From an uncultured Chloroflexia bacterium (GTDB lineage Bacteria; Chloroflexota; Limnocylindria; Limnocylindrales; CSP1-4): DNA of 64,000 nucleotides. The translations under genes were made by a program, and so were the position numbers. This document shows, one piece after another, positions 9,132 to 17,756 of the stretch (its first letter is position 1; every line of letters begins with the position of its first letter). The DNA is taken from positions 903,668 to 967,667 of the forward strand of contig CAVTML010000002.1 of the NCBI GenBank assembly GCA_963735865.1, written 5' to 3'. Below the pieces are notes generated by a model, which searched no databases, had not been told where the DNA came from, and saw nothing but the letters and a program-made list of their open reading frames with translations.

Positions 9132-10128
9132 GCGGGTCGTCGACAGCCCCCCGGCGCTGGCCGAACAGGAGCGCAACGCGGTCTGGGAGCGCGTCCGCCT
9201 GGCCCGCAACATCCGCCGGCCGCACTCCCTGGAGCTCCTCCAGGCGATGGCCACCGACGTCATCGAGCTGCACGGCGACCGCTACTTCGGCGACGACGGC
9301 GCGATCGTGGCCGGCTTCGCCCGCCTGGACGGGCGGCCGATCATGTTCGTGGGCCAGCAGAAGGGCAGCGACACGGAGGAGAACATCCGCCGCAACTTCG
9401 GCAGCGCCCACCCCGAGGGCTTCCGCAAGGCGATGCGCATCTTCCGCCTGGCGGAGAAGCTGCACCTGCCGGTCGTCACCCTGGTGGACACGGCGGGGGC
9501 GCATCCGGGCGCGGCATCCGAGGAACGCGGCATCGCCGAGGCCATCGCCCGCTCGATCATGACGATGCTGGGTCTGCGCACGCCGATCGTGGTGGCCATC
9601 ATCGGCGAGGGCGGCTCGGGCGGCGCCCTGGCCGTGGCCGCCGGCGACGTGGTCCTGGCCCTGGAGAACGCCGTCTACGCGGTGATCAGTCCCGAGGGCT
9701 GTGCCAGCATCCTGTGGCGCAGCAGCGAGGCCGCGCCGCAGGCCGCCGCCGCGATGCGCATGACCGCGCCGGAGCAGGCGCGGCTGGGCGTTGTCGATGG
9801 CGTCGTGCCCGAGCCGCCGGGCGGCGCCCAGGAGGACGCGGGCCGCACCGCCACCCAGCTGCGCGCGGCCATCATCACCGAGCTCGACCGCCTCGCGGCG
9901 CTGTCGACGCCGGCGCTGCTCGAGGCCCGCTACCAGCGCTACCGGCGGATGGGCGCCTTCACCGTGCACGAGGCCGCGGCCGAGGGCCGGGTGGAGCGCC
10001 CCGGCCTGACCGACCGCCTGCGCAACATCCTGGACCTGGGACGGCATACCCTTGCGGGGATCGATCCGTCCGATGGCCCGCCGGATCCGGCCGCCGCGGA
10101 CGAGCCACCGCTGCGGGAGGAGCTGTAG
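9124..10128 (+). CDS. accA: acetyl-CoA carboxylase carboxyltransferase alpha subunit
   Basis: 334 aa. LHGDRYFGDDGAIVAGFARLDGRPIMFVGQQKG and TLVDTAGAHPG motifs. Overlaps accD by 8 nt. Confidence 0.9.
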   Translation: MAERVVDSPPALAEQERNAVWERVRLARNIRRPHSLELLQAMATDVIELHGDRYFGDDGAIVAGFARLDGRPIMFVGQQKGSDTEENIRRNFGSAHPEGFRKAMRIFRLAEKLHLPVVTLVDTAGAHPGAASEERGIAEAIARSIMTMLGLRTPIVVAIIGEGGSGGALAVAAGDVVLALENAVYAVISPEGCASILWRSSEAAPQAAAAMRMTAPEQARLGVVDGVVPEPPGGAQEDAGRTATQLRAAIITELDRLAALSTPALLEARYQRYRRMGAFTVHEAAAEGRVERPGLTDRLRNILDLGRHTLAGIDPSDGPPDPAAADEPPLREEL

Positions 10129-10713
10129 ATGGCCGACCGACCCGCCCGCCGCGCTGCGGGGCCCGCCGCTCCGCCTGGCGGGGACGCGGCCGCCATGGGC
10201 CGCCTCGCCGACGAGCTCCTGCCGGCCCTCATCGCACGTCTCGAGGCGAGCACGCTCGGCGAGCTGGAGATCCGCCGCAACGGCTGGCGCGTCCGCCTGC
10301 GCCGGGCCACGCTGGACGCCGCCCCGATCGACGGCACGGCACGGCGCGGTGGGGGGCGCTCCCGCCCCACGGCCGACCAGCCGGCCGCGACCGGCCGGTC
10401 CGCGCCGCTCGCGGCGGTCGGCCCCGGCCTGCCCGCCAAGAGCGCCGATCGGCGACCCGCGGCGCTCTCGCCGGCCGTAGGCTACTTCAGCCCCCTCGGC
10501 AGCCTCACCGCCGGCGTCGCCGTCCGTTCCGGCGACGTCCTCGGCCACGTCGACGTGCTGGGGGTGCGCCAGGACGTGGTGGCCCCGGCCGACGGCGTCG
10601 TGGGGCGGTATCTGGCCGAAGCGGGGGAGGCCGTGGAGTACGGCCAGGAGCTCGTGCGCCTCGAGGCCGGCCGCGACGGATCGGTGGCCGCCGTGCCCGC
10701 CGAGGCCGGCTGA
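10129..10713 (+). CDS. biotin carboxyl carrier protein-like protein lacking the biotinyl-lysine
   Basis: BCCP layout: N-terminal LIARLEASTLGELEI and a C-terminal lipoyl/biotinyl-type hairpin. Where accB has EAMKL it reads VDVLGV, with no Lys in the domain. Confidence 0.75.
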   Translation: MADRPARRAAGPAAPPGGDAAAMGRLADELLPALIARLEASTLGELEIRRNGWRVRLRRATLDAAPIDGTARRGGGRSRPTADQPAATGRSAPLAAVGPGLPAKSADRRPAALSPAVGYFSPLGSLTAGVAVRSGDVLGHVDVLGVRQDVVAPADGVVGRYLAEAGEAVEYGQELVRLEAGRDGSVAAVPAEAG

Positions 10714-12095
10714 TGTTCGAGCGGATCCTCATCGCCAACCGCGGCGAGATCGCCCTGCGCATCCTGCGCACCTGCCGGCGCATGGGCATCGGGGCGGTCG
10801 TCGCCTACAGCGAGGCCGACCGCGATACGCGGGCCGTGCAGCTGGCCGACGAGGCCATCTGCGTCGGACCCGCCGAGGCCAAGCGCAGCTACCTCTCGGC
10901 GCCGGCCATCCTCTCGGCCGCCATCGTCACCGGCTGCGACGCCATCCACCCGGGCTACGGCTTCCTGTCGGAAGACGACACGTTCGCCGAGATGACGCGG
11001 GCGCACGGCCTGACCTTCATCGGGCCGCCCGCCGAGGTGCTGGAGCGGTTCGCCTCCAAGGCCGGTACGCGCCACCTGCTGGCGAGCCACGGGCTGCCCA
11101 CCGTGCCCGGCTCGGCCGAGATGCTGCGCGACGACGCGGAAGCCCTGGTGGAGGCCGAGCGGATCGGTTACCCGGTGCTCATCAAGCCGTCCGCCGGAGG
11201 CGGGGGACGGGGCATGCGCATGGTCCGTTCGCCGCGCGAGCTCGAGCAGGCCCTCACCGTCTGCCGCTCGGAGGCCCGGGCCGCCTTCGGCGACGACTCC
11301 CTGTACCTGGAGAAGTGGCTGGAGGAGACGCGCCACGTGGAGGTCCAGGTGATCGTGGACCGCTACGGCCACGGCGTCCACGTGGGCGAACGCGACTGCT
11401 CGGTCCAGCGGCGCCACCAGAAGCTCGTCGAGGAGAGCCCCTCGCCGGCCCTCACCCCCGAGGCCAGCGCGGAACTGTGCCGCACCGCCGTCGAGGCCGT
11501 CGTGGCCGCCGGCTACGAGAACGTGGGCACGCTCGAGTTCCTCGTCGACCAGTCGGGACAGGCCTACTTTATCGAGATCAACTGCCGCATCCAGGTCGAG
11601 CACCCGGTCACGGAGATGCGCTCCGGCCTCGACTTCGTGGCCGAGCAGATCCGCATCGCCGCCGGCGAGCCCCTCGGCTACAGCCAGGCCGACGTCGTCC
11701 TGCGGGGCCATGCCGTGGAGTTCCGCATCAACGCCGAGGACGTGGCCCACGACTTCCGGCCGCAGGCCGGCGAGGTGCAGCGCTACCTTGCGCCGGGCGG
11801 CCCCGGCGTGCGCATGGACAGCCACCTCTTCCCGGCCTACGAGGTGCCCCCGTTCTACGACTCGCTGCTGGGCAAGCTGGTCGTGTGGGGCCCCGATCGA
11901 TCGTCCGCGCTGGCCCGCGCGCGGGGCGTCCTCGACGAGGTGGTGCTGGAGGGCCTCATCACCAACCTGGACTTCCACCGCGCCCTGCTGCGCAACGAGA
12001 CGTTCATCGAGGGCGCCTTCACCACCAACCTGCTCGACCGGATCGGCAGCGCGGCCTTCGTCTCCAGCGTCGCGCGCCCACAGGCGGTCGGATGA
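10713..12095 (+). CDS. accC: biotin carboxylase
   Basis: ATG 10713 overlaps the preceding stop (TGATG). MFERILIANRGEIALRILR and an ATP-grasp core. The 793-aa ORF in the track is read-through. Confidence 0.93.
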   Translation: MFERILIANRGEIALRILRTCRRMGIGAVVAYSEADRDTRAVQLADEAICVGPAEAKRSYLSAPAILSAAIVTGCDAIHPGYGFLSEDDTFAEMTRAHGLTFIGPPAEVLERFASKAGTRHLLASHGLPTVPGSAEMLRDDAEALVEAERIGYPVLIKPSAGGGGRGMRMVRSPRELEQALTVCRSEARAAFGDDSLYLEKWLEETRHVEVQVIVDRYGHGVHVGERDCSVQRRHQKLVEESPSPALTPEASAELCRTAVEAVVAAGYENVGTLEFLVDQSGQAYFIEINCRIQVEHPVTEMRSGLDFVAEQIRIAAGEPLGYSQADVVLRGHAVEFRINAEDVAHDFRPQAGEVQRYLAPGGPGVRMDSHLFPAYEVPPFYDSLLGKLVVWGPDRSSALARARGVLDEVVLEGLITNLDFHRALLRNETFIEGAFTTNLLDRIGSAAFVSSVARPQAVG

Positions 12096-12547
12096 GCGAG
12101 GCGGTCCTCACTTCGGCCCAGATCCAGGCCCTCATCCCGCACCGCTGGCCCTTCCTGCTGGTCGACCGCATCGTCGAGTACGACCCGGCGGCGCAGCGCA
12201 TCGTGGGCCAGAAGGGCGTGACCGCCTCGGAATGGTTCTTCCAGGGCCATTTCCCGGGGCTACCCGTTATGCCCGGCGTGCTGCAGGTGGAGGCGCTGGC
12301 CCAGACGATGGCCGTCTACGTGGCCCAGCAGGAGGGCTTCGGCGACCGCATCGGGCTGTTCGCCGGCATCGAGGAGTGCCGCTTCAAGCGCCTCGTCCAG
12401 CCCGGCGACACGCTCCGCCTGGAGGTCGTCATGGAGCGGCTCGGCCGGCGCTTCGGTCGCGGGCGGGGCGTGGCCAGCGTCGACGGCGAGGTCGCCTGCG
12501 AGGCGCTGCTGAGCTTCATCATCCCCGGCGAGGGGGTCCTGAAATGA
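12092..12547 (+). CDS. fabZ: 3-hydroxyacyl-ACP dehydratase
   Basis: ATGA overlap with accC. HFPGLPVMPGVLQVEALAQ hot-dog motif. Confidence 0.9.
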   Translation: MSEAVLTSAQIQALIPHRWPFLLVDRIVEYDPAAQRIVGQKGVTASEWFFQGHFPGLPVMPGVLQVEALAQTMAVYVAQQEGFGDRIGLFAGIEECRFKRLVQPGDTLRLEVVMERLGRRFGRGRGVASVDGEVACEALLSFIIPGEGVLK

Positions 12548-13290
12548 CCTTCCGCCTGGCCGTCTTCGGCGACATCCACGGCAACGTCGCGGCGCTCGAC
12601 GCAGCGCTGGCGGCCGTGGAGCGGGCCCGCCCCGACGCGGTGGCGGTGACCGGCGACCTGGTCATGAACGGGCCGCGGCCGGCCGAGGTGCTGGCGCGCA
12701 TCCGCACTCTCGAGCAGGCCGGCGCCTGCGTCGTCCAGGGCAACACGGACATCGCCGTGGCCGACCTGGACATGAGTGCCGCGTTCCCCTGGCTGGAGGA
12801 GGTGCCCGCCGCGCAGCGCGCGGCCGCCGAGTGGGCCCACGACATCCTGGCGCCAGCCGACCTGGACCTGCTGCGCCGGCTGCCCTCCGAGCGGCGCCTG
12901 CGGGTCGGCGACGACCTGGTCCTGATCTGCCACGGCTCACCGGGCAGCCAGACCGACGGCCTGGCGGCGGGCCTTGATGCGGCGGTGACCGTGCAGCGCA
13001 TCACGCGCACCGACGCACGGGTCATCGTGTGCGGTCACACGCACGTGGCCGAGACGCGCGAGTTCGGCCGGCGGCTCATCTGCAACCCGGGCTCGTGCGG
13101 CTACAGCTTCGACGGCGACGCCGACGCGGCCTGGGCCCTCCTGACCTTCGAGCCCGACGGGGCCATCACGGCCGACCTGCGGCGGGCCTCGTACGATCCG
13201 CTGCCGATGGCCGAGGAGGTCGCCGCTCGCGGCCTGCCCGGCGATGTCTACCGGGCGGCCACGATCCGCACCGGGCGCTTCGTCCGATGA
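12544..13290 (+). CDS. metallophosphoesterase (YfcE/MJ0936-like)
   Basis: ATGA overlap with fabZ. Motifs GDIHGN, TGDLV, GNTD, GHTH. Confidence 0.8.
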   Translation: MTFRLAVFGDIHGNVAALDAALAAVERARPDAVAVTGDLVMNGPRPAEVLARIRTLEQAGACVVQGNTDIAVADLDMSAAFPWLEEVPAAQRAAAEWAHDILAPADLDLLRRLPSERRLRVGDDLVLICHGSPGSQTDGLAAGLDAAVTVQRITRTDARVIVCGHTHVAETREFGRRLICNPGSCGYSFDGDADAAWALLTFEPDGAITADLRRASYDPLPMAEEVAARGLPGDVYRAATIRTGRFVR

Positions 13291-14558
13291 GCGGCCCCAC
13301 CCCGCTCGGGCGGCGCCGCGTGGTGGTCACCGGCATGGGCACGGTGACGCCGCTGGCCAACGACGTGGCCGGCACCTGGGCGGCCCTCGTGGCCGGACGG
13401 TCGGGCGTGCGGCCCATCACGTCGTTCGACCCGTCCCGCCTGACGAGCCGCATCGCCGGTGAGGTGCAGGACCTGGACGCCTCCGGCGTGCTGGACCGCA
13501 AGGAGCTGCGGCGCACCGACCGCTTCACCCAGTTCGCCCTGGTGGCGGCGCGGGAGGCGATGGCCCAGGCCTGCCTGCCGGCCCGCCTCGAGGGCGCCAT
13601 GGCCGAGGAGACCGGGACGCTGGTGGCGTCGGGCATGGGCGGCACGGGCACGCTGGTGGAGCAGATCGCCATCTCGGCCACCCGCGGTCCCGATCGCATC
13701 AGCCCGTTCTTCATCCCCATGGCCATCAGCAACATGGCCGCCGGTCAGGTCTCCATCGTCCTCGGGCCGCAGGGGCCGTCGTTCGCGCCGGTCAGTGCCT
13801 GCGCCAGCGGCGGGCACGCCATCGGGGAGGGGGCCGAGATCATCCTGCGCGGCGACGCCGAGATGATGATCGCGGGCGGCTCCGAGGCGCCCATCTTCGA
13901 GGCTTTCGTGGGCGCCTTCGCGGCGATGCGGGCGCTCTCCACGCGCAACGATGACCCGGCCGGGGCCTCGCGTCCGTTCGACCAGGGCCGCGACGGGTTC
14001 GTGGCGGCCGAGGGCGCCGCCATGCTCGTCCTGGAGGAGGCCGGCCACGCCCAGCGGCGCGACGTGCCCATCCTGGCCGAGGTGGTCGGGTACGGCGCCA
14101 CGTCCGACGCGGTCCACGTGACGCTGCCCGCGCCGGGCGGCGCGGGCGCCCTGCGGGCGGCGCGGCGGGCCCTGGCCAAGGCCGGCCTGCCACCGACCGC
14201 CATCGACACCGTCAGTGCCCACGCCACCAGCACGCCGGAAGGCGACCCGGCCGAGCTGGCCGCGTTCCGATCGCTCTTCGGCGAGCACGGGCCCCGCGTC
14301 AGCATCACCGCCACGAAGGGCGCCATCGGCCACACCCTCGGCGCGGCGGGCGCCATCGGCGCCGTCGTGACGATCATGTCGATGCGCGACGGGCGGGTGC
14401 CGCCGACCCTCAACCTGGTGGCGCCCGATCCGGCCGTCGGCGATCTCGACTGCACGCCCCTGGTGGCCCGCCAGCGGGAGCTCAACGTGGGGCTCGTCAA
14501 CGCCTTCGGCTTCGGCGGCCAGAACAGCTGCGTCGTCCTCAAGCGGTGGGAGGCCTAG
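13287..14558 (+). CDS. fabF: 3-oxoacyl-ACP synthase II
   Basis: ATGA overlap. Active-site ACASGGHAIG plus HATSTPEGD and GHTLGAAG. Confidence 0.92.
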   Translation: MSGPTPLGRRRVVVTGMGTVTPLANDVAGTWAALVAGRSGVRPITSFDPSRLTSRIAGEVQDLDASGVLDRKELRRTDRFTQFALVAAREAMAQACLPARLEGAMAEETGTLVASGMGGTGTLVEQIAISATRGPDRISPFFIPMAISNMAAGQVSIVLGPQGPSFAPVSACASGGHAIGEGAEIILRGDAEMMIAGGSEAPIFEAFVGAFAAMRALSTRNDDPAGASRPFDQGRDGFVAAEGAAMLVLEEAGHAQRRDVPILAEVVGYGATSDAVHVTLPAPGGAGALRAARRALAKAGLPPTAIDTVSAHATSTPEGDPAELAAFRSLFGEHGPRVSITATKGAIGHTLGAAGAIGAVVTIMSMRDGRVPPTLNLVAPDPAVGDLDCTPLVARQRELNVGLVNAFGFGGQNSCVVLKRWEA

Positions 14559-14559
14559 G

Positions 14560-15036
14560 GTGGCGCAGCGAGCCCGCTCCTCCGACGGCGAGGCGGCTGA
14601 ACTGGTGGCCCTCATCGATCGCCTGGAGGCGATCCTGGCGGCGTCGAACCTGTCCGAGCTGGAGGTCGAGGTCGGCGAGACCGCCCTCGTCCTGCGCAAG
14701 CCGGTGGCTCTGCCCGCCGAGGCGGCAGCCGCGGCTCATATGGCGCGCGAGGACGCCCCTGACCATCCGCCCGAGCCGGCCGCGCCGGCCTCGCCCTACC
14801 ACCAGGTGCTGGCGCCGCTGACCGGCCTGCTCTACCTCTCGCCGAGCCCCGACGCCGCGCCCTACGTGCAGGTTGGGCGCGAGGTCAATCAGGGCCAGGT
14901 GATCGGCCTGATCGAGGCCATGAAGCTGTTCAACGAGATCAAGTCCGACGTGCGCGGCCGGGTGGTGCGCATCCTGGCCGAGCATGGCGCGCTGATCAAG
15001 GCGCGCCAGCCCATCCTGGACGTCGATCCCTCATGA
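14560..15036 (+). CDS. accB: biotin carboxyl carrier protein (canonical)
   Basis: 158 aa. C-terminal GQVIGLIEAMKLFNEI with the biotinylation Lys. Confidence 0.88.
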   Translation: MAQRARSSDGEAAELVALIDRLEAILAASNLSELEVEVGETALVLRKPVALPAEAAAAAHMAREDAPDHPPEPAAPASPYHQVLAPLTGLLYLSPSPDAAPYVQVGREVNQGQVIGLIEAMKLFNEIKSDVRGRVVRILAEHGALIKARQPILDVDPS

Positions 15037-16250
15037 CAACCGGGAGGCAACCGCCCATGGGTCCCGCCAGCGTCCGCCTGACCGGCTGGGGCCGGTACGT
15101 CCCGGAGCGCGTCCTGACCAACCAGGACCTGGGCCGGCTCGTGGAGACGAACGACGAGTGGATCACGTCGCGGACGGGCATCCGCGAGCGCCGCGTGGCG
15201 GGTCCGCACGAGACGACCGCCTCGCTGGCGGCCGTCGCCGGCGCCCGCGCCCTGGCCGTGGCCGGCCTGGATCCGGCCGACCTCGACCTCATCCTGGTCG
15301 GCACCTGCACGCCGGACTACGGCATGCCGGCCACCGCGGTCTTCGTCAAGGAGGCGCTCGGGGCGACCCACGCCGCGGCCATGGACCTCTCGGCCGTCTG
15401 CTCGGGCTTCGTCTATGCCTTCTCCGCCGGCCACGCCTACCTCGCCAGCGGGCTGTACCGCACCGTGCTGGTCATCGGGGCGGAGGTCCTCACGCGCATC
15501 CTGGACTACCGCGACCGCAACACCTGCGTGCTGTTCGGCGATGGAGCTGGGGCCGTCGTGCTGGCCGCGTCCGACGAGCCCGGCGGCGGCCTGCTGGGCT
15601 TCGAGCTGACGGCCGACCCGGAGGGCGCCTACAACATCTGGACGCCGGCCGGCGGCACGGCCCTGCCGACCGATCCGGTGAACCTCGAGGGGCGCATGCG
15701 CTTCGTGCGCATGAAGGGCCAGGAGACGTACCGCTACGCCACCCGGACGATGGCGCGGACGGTGGAGAAGGCGCTCGCGCGGGCCGGCCTCACCGCCGAC
15801 GACATCGCCCTCTTCGTGCCCCACCAGGCCAACGTGCGCATCATCGAGGCCGTGGGCAGGCAGCTGGGCATCGGGCTCGACCGGGTCTACGTCAACGTCG
15901 ACCGCTACGGCAACACGAGCGCCGCATCGGTGCCCATCGCCCTGGCCGAGGCGGTCGACGCCGGGCGCGTCCGGCCGGGCGACAAGGTCGTGTTCGTGGC
16001 CTTCGGCTCGGGCTACACCAGTGGCGCCTGCGTGGTCGAGTGGACGGCCGATCCGGCGAACGCCGCGCGGGCTGCGGCGGTGCCGCCGTTCGTGACGATC
16101 CAGCCGCCCGCCGACGTCCCCCTCGGCGACCCCACGCCGGCCGAGCTGCAGCCCATCTTCGCCGAGAAGGAGGCCGCCGCGGCGCGCCAGGCCGAGGAGG
16201 GCCCGGCCACGCCAGCAGAGCGGCCGACGCCCGCAGGGGCACGGGCATGA
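15033..16250 (+). CDS. fabH: 3-oxoacyl-ACP synthase III with a ~70-aa C-terminal extension
   Basis: ATGA overlap. AVCSGFVYA, HQANVRI and GNTSAAS motifs. Pro/Ala/Glu-rich tail follows the normal FabH end (CVVEW). Confidence 0.88.
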   Translation: MTTGRQPPMGPASVRLTGWGRYVPERVLTNQDLGRLVETNDEWITSRTGIRERRVAGPHETTASLAAVAGARALAVAGLDPADLDLILVGTCTPDYGMPATAVFVKEALGATHAAAMDLSAVCSGFVYAFSAGHAYLASGLYRTVLVIGAEVLTRILDYRDRNTCVLFGDGAGAVVLAASDEPGGGLLGFELTADPEGAYNIWTPAGGTALPTDPVNLEGRMRFVRMKGQETYRYATRTMARTVEKALARAGLTADDIALFVPHQANVRIIEAVGRQLGIGLDRVYVNVDRYGNTSAASVPIALAEAVDAGRVRPGDKVVFVAFGSGYTSGACVVEWTADPANAARAAAVPPFVTIQPPADVPLGDPTPAELQPIFAEKEAAAARQAEEGPATPAERPTPAGARA

Positions 16251-16996
16251 TCGACCTCAGCGGGCAGCACGCCCTGGTCACCGGCGGGGCGCGCGGCATC
16301 GGGCGCGCCATCGTGCTGCGGCTGGCGCGCCAGGGGGCCGACGTGGCGTTCAGCTATCGCGCCAACGCGGAGGCCGCGGCGGAGGCCGTGGCGGAGGTCG
16401 AGGCGCTCGGGCGGCGCGGGCTGGCCATCCAGGGCGATGCCAGCGATCCGGCCACCGCGGAGGCGCTGGTCAAGGCCACCTTGGCGGCCTTCGGGACGAT
16501 CGAGATCCTGGTCAATAATGCCGGCACGACCCGCGACGACCTCATCATGCGCATGAGCCCCGAGGCGTGGCGCGTGGTCCTGGAGACCAACCTCTTCGGC
16601 GCGTTCTATGCCATCAAGGCCGTCACCCGCCCCATGCTCAAGGCGCGCCGCGGCCGGATCATCAACATCACCAGCGTCTCGGGCCAGGCCGGCCAGACCG
16701 GGCAGGCGAACTATTCCTCGGCCAAGGCGGGCCTCATCGGCCTTACCAAGGCGACCGCCCGCGAGCTGGCCAGCCGCGGCATCACCGCCAACGCCGTGGC
16801 GCCGGGCTTCGTGGACACCGACCTGACCCACGACCTGCCCGAGGCGTTGAAGGAGCAGATCCGCGCCGCGACGCCCCTGGGGCGGTTCGGCACGGCCGAG
16901 GAGGTCGCCGATGCGGTGGCCTTCCTGGCGTCCGACGAAGCCGCCTTCATCACCGGTCAGGTCCTGGCCGTCGACGGTGGCCTGGTGATGATGTGA
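16247..16996 (+). CDS. fabG: 3-oxoacyl-ACP reductase
   Basis: ATGA overlap. SDR motifs TGGARGIGRAI, NNAG, YSSAKAG. Confidence 0.92.
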   Translation: MIDLSGQHALVTGGARGIGRAIVLRLARQGADVAFSYRANAEAAAEAVAEVEALGRRGLAIQGDASDPATAEALVKATLAAFGTIEILVNNAGTTRDDLIMRMSPEAWRVVLETNLFGAFYAIKAVTRPMLKARRGRIINITSVSGQAGQTGQANYSSAKAGLIGLTKATARELASRGITANAVAPGFVDTDLTHDLPEALKEQIRAATPLGRFGTAEEVADAVAFLASDEAAFITGQVLAVDGGLVMM

Positions 16997-17544
16997 CGGC
17001 CGCCGCGGCCGGCTGGACCGGCACCCCCATCGCCGACGTCCTGCGGCGGCGCATGGTGGCCCACGCCGACAATCGGGGTGCCTTCAGCGAACTGTGGCGG
17101 GCCTCCTGGACCGACCCCCTTGGTGGCCGGCCGTTCGTCCAGGCCAACCTCTCGCGCTCGCTGCCGCGCGTCCTGCGGGGCCTCCACGTGCACCGCCACC
17201 AGGCCGACCTGTGGAGCGTCCTGGCCGGCGTGGGCACGATCGCCCTGGTCGACCTGCGGCCGGCGCTGGCCGGCGCCGGCGGGGCGCCGCCGACGGCCGT
17301 GCTGCCGGTGGAGGCCGGTGACCAGGTCTACATCCCGGCCCTAGTGGGCCACGGCTTCTACGCCCACAGCGAGCTGCAGCTGTGCTACCTCGTGACCAAC
17401 GAGTACGACGGCACCGACGAGCTGGGCTTCGCCTGGGACGACCCGGCAGCCGCCGTGGCGTGGCCCGAGCGTGAGCCCATCCTCTCCGACCGCGACCGGG
17501 CCAATCCGCCGCTGGGCGACCTCGTGGCCCGCCTCCGCGGCTGA
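16993..17544 (+). CDS. rfbC: dTDP-4-dehydrorhamnose 3,5-epimerase
   Basis: GTG 16993 overlaps the fabG stop (GTGA). DNRGAFSE, LRGLHVH and VGHGF cupin motifs. Confidence 0.85.
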   Translation: MTAAAAGWTGTPIADVLRRRMVAHADNRGAFSELWRASWTDPLGGRPFVQANLSRSLPRVLRGLHVHRHQADLWSVLAGVGTIALVDLRPALAGAGGAPPTAVLPVEAGDQVYIPALVGHGFYAHSELQLCYLVTNEYDGTDELGFAWDDPAAAVAWPEREPILSDRDRANPPLGDLVARLRG

Positions 17545-17710
17545 CCGCGTTCGCCGGCAGCGAACACCAAGGACCTGAGGCGCGGCCGCGAGGGCCGGGA
17601 GATGGGCGTTGGCCAGGCCGCGTTCGCCGGCAGCGAACACCAAGGACCTGAGGCACGCCTCGTCAGCCGGCAGGCGCGCTTTTCCCAAGCCGCGTTCGCC
17701 GGCAGCGAAC
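17545..17710. repeat. three direct copies of a hairpin-containing element (37, 37 and 21 nt) at 72-73 bp spacing
   Basis: CCGCGTTCGCCGGCAGCGAACACCAAGGACCTGAGGC at 17545-17581 and 17618-17654. First 21 nt repeated at 17690-17710. Internal palindrome GTTCGC-CGGCA-GCGAAC. Confidence 0.8.
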
Positions 17711-17756
17711 CGCGGGGTTGGAACCATAGCTCCGCGGGCCGCGGGATTCGCTTCGG

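Noticed and set aside
8968-10548. Long antisense ORFs opposite well-supported genes: 8968-10548, 2788-4197, 24411-26708, 26893-28734, 37396-39093, 40766-43360 and 13248-14699.
   Set aside because: Their translations are Arg/Gly/Pro/Ala-rich low-complexity strings with no motifs. Each lies exactly opposite a gene with clear family signatures. This is the expected stop-codon-poor shadow of very GC-rich coding DNA.
12544-13290. Interpreting the phosphoesterase next to fabZ as LpxH (lipid A pathway) or an ACP phosphodiesterase.
   Set aside because: The motif set (GDIHGN / GDLV / GNTD / GHTH) and size fit the YfcE/MJ0936 family rather than LpxH. No other lpx genes are present.
15990-16250. A hidden acyl carrier protein gene in the FabH C-terminal extension region, since acpP is missing from the operon.
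   Set aside because: None of the three forward frames encodes a DSLD-type ACP motif or a ~80-aa acidic helical protein. The only coherent frame is the FabH continuation.
17545-17710. Calling the 37-nt repeat / 35-36-nt spacer array a CRISPR locus.
   Set aside because: Not called as CRISPR. There are only two full repeats plus a truncated one, with no cas genes or AT-rich leader in 64 kb. The repeat termini are atypical, and the location between convergent operons fits a REP or terminator element. It is kept as a repeat feature and a finding.
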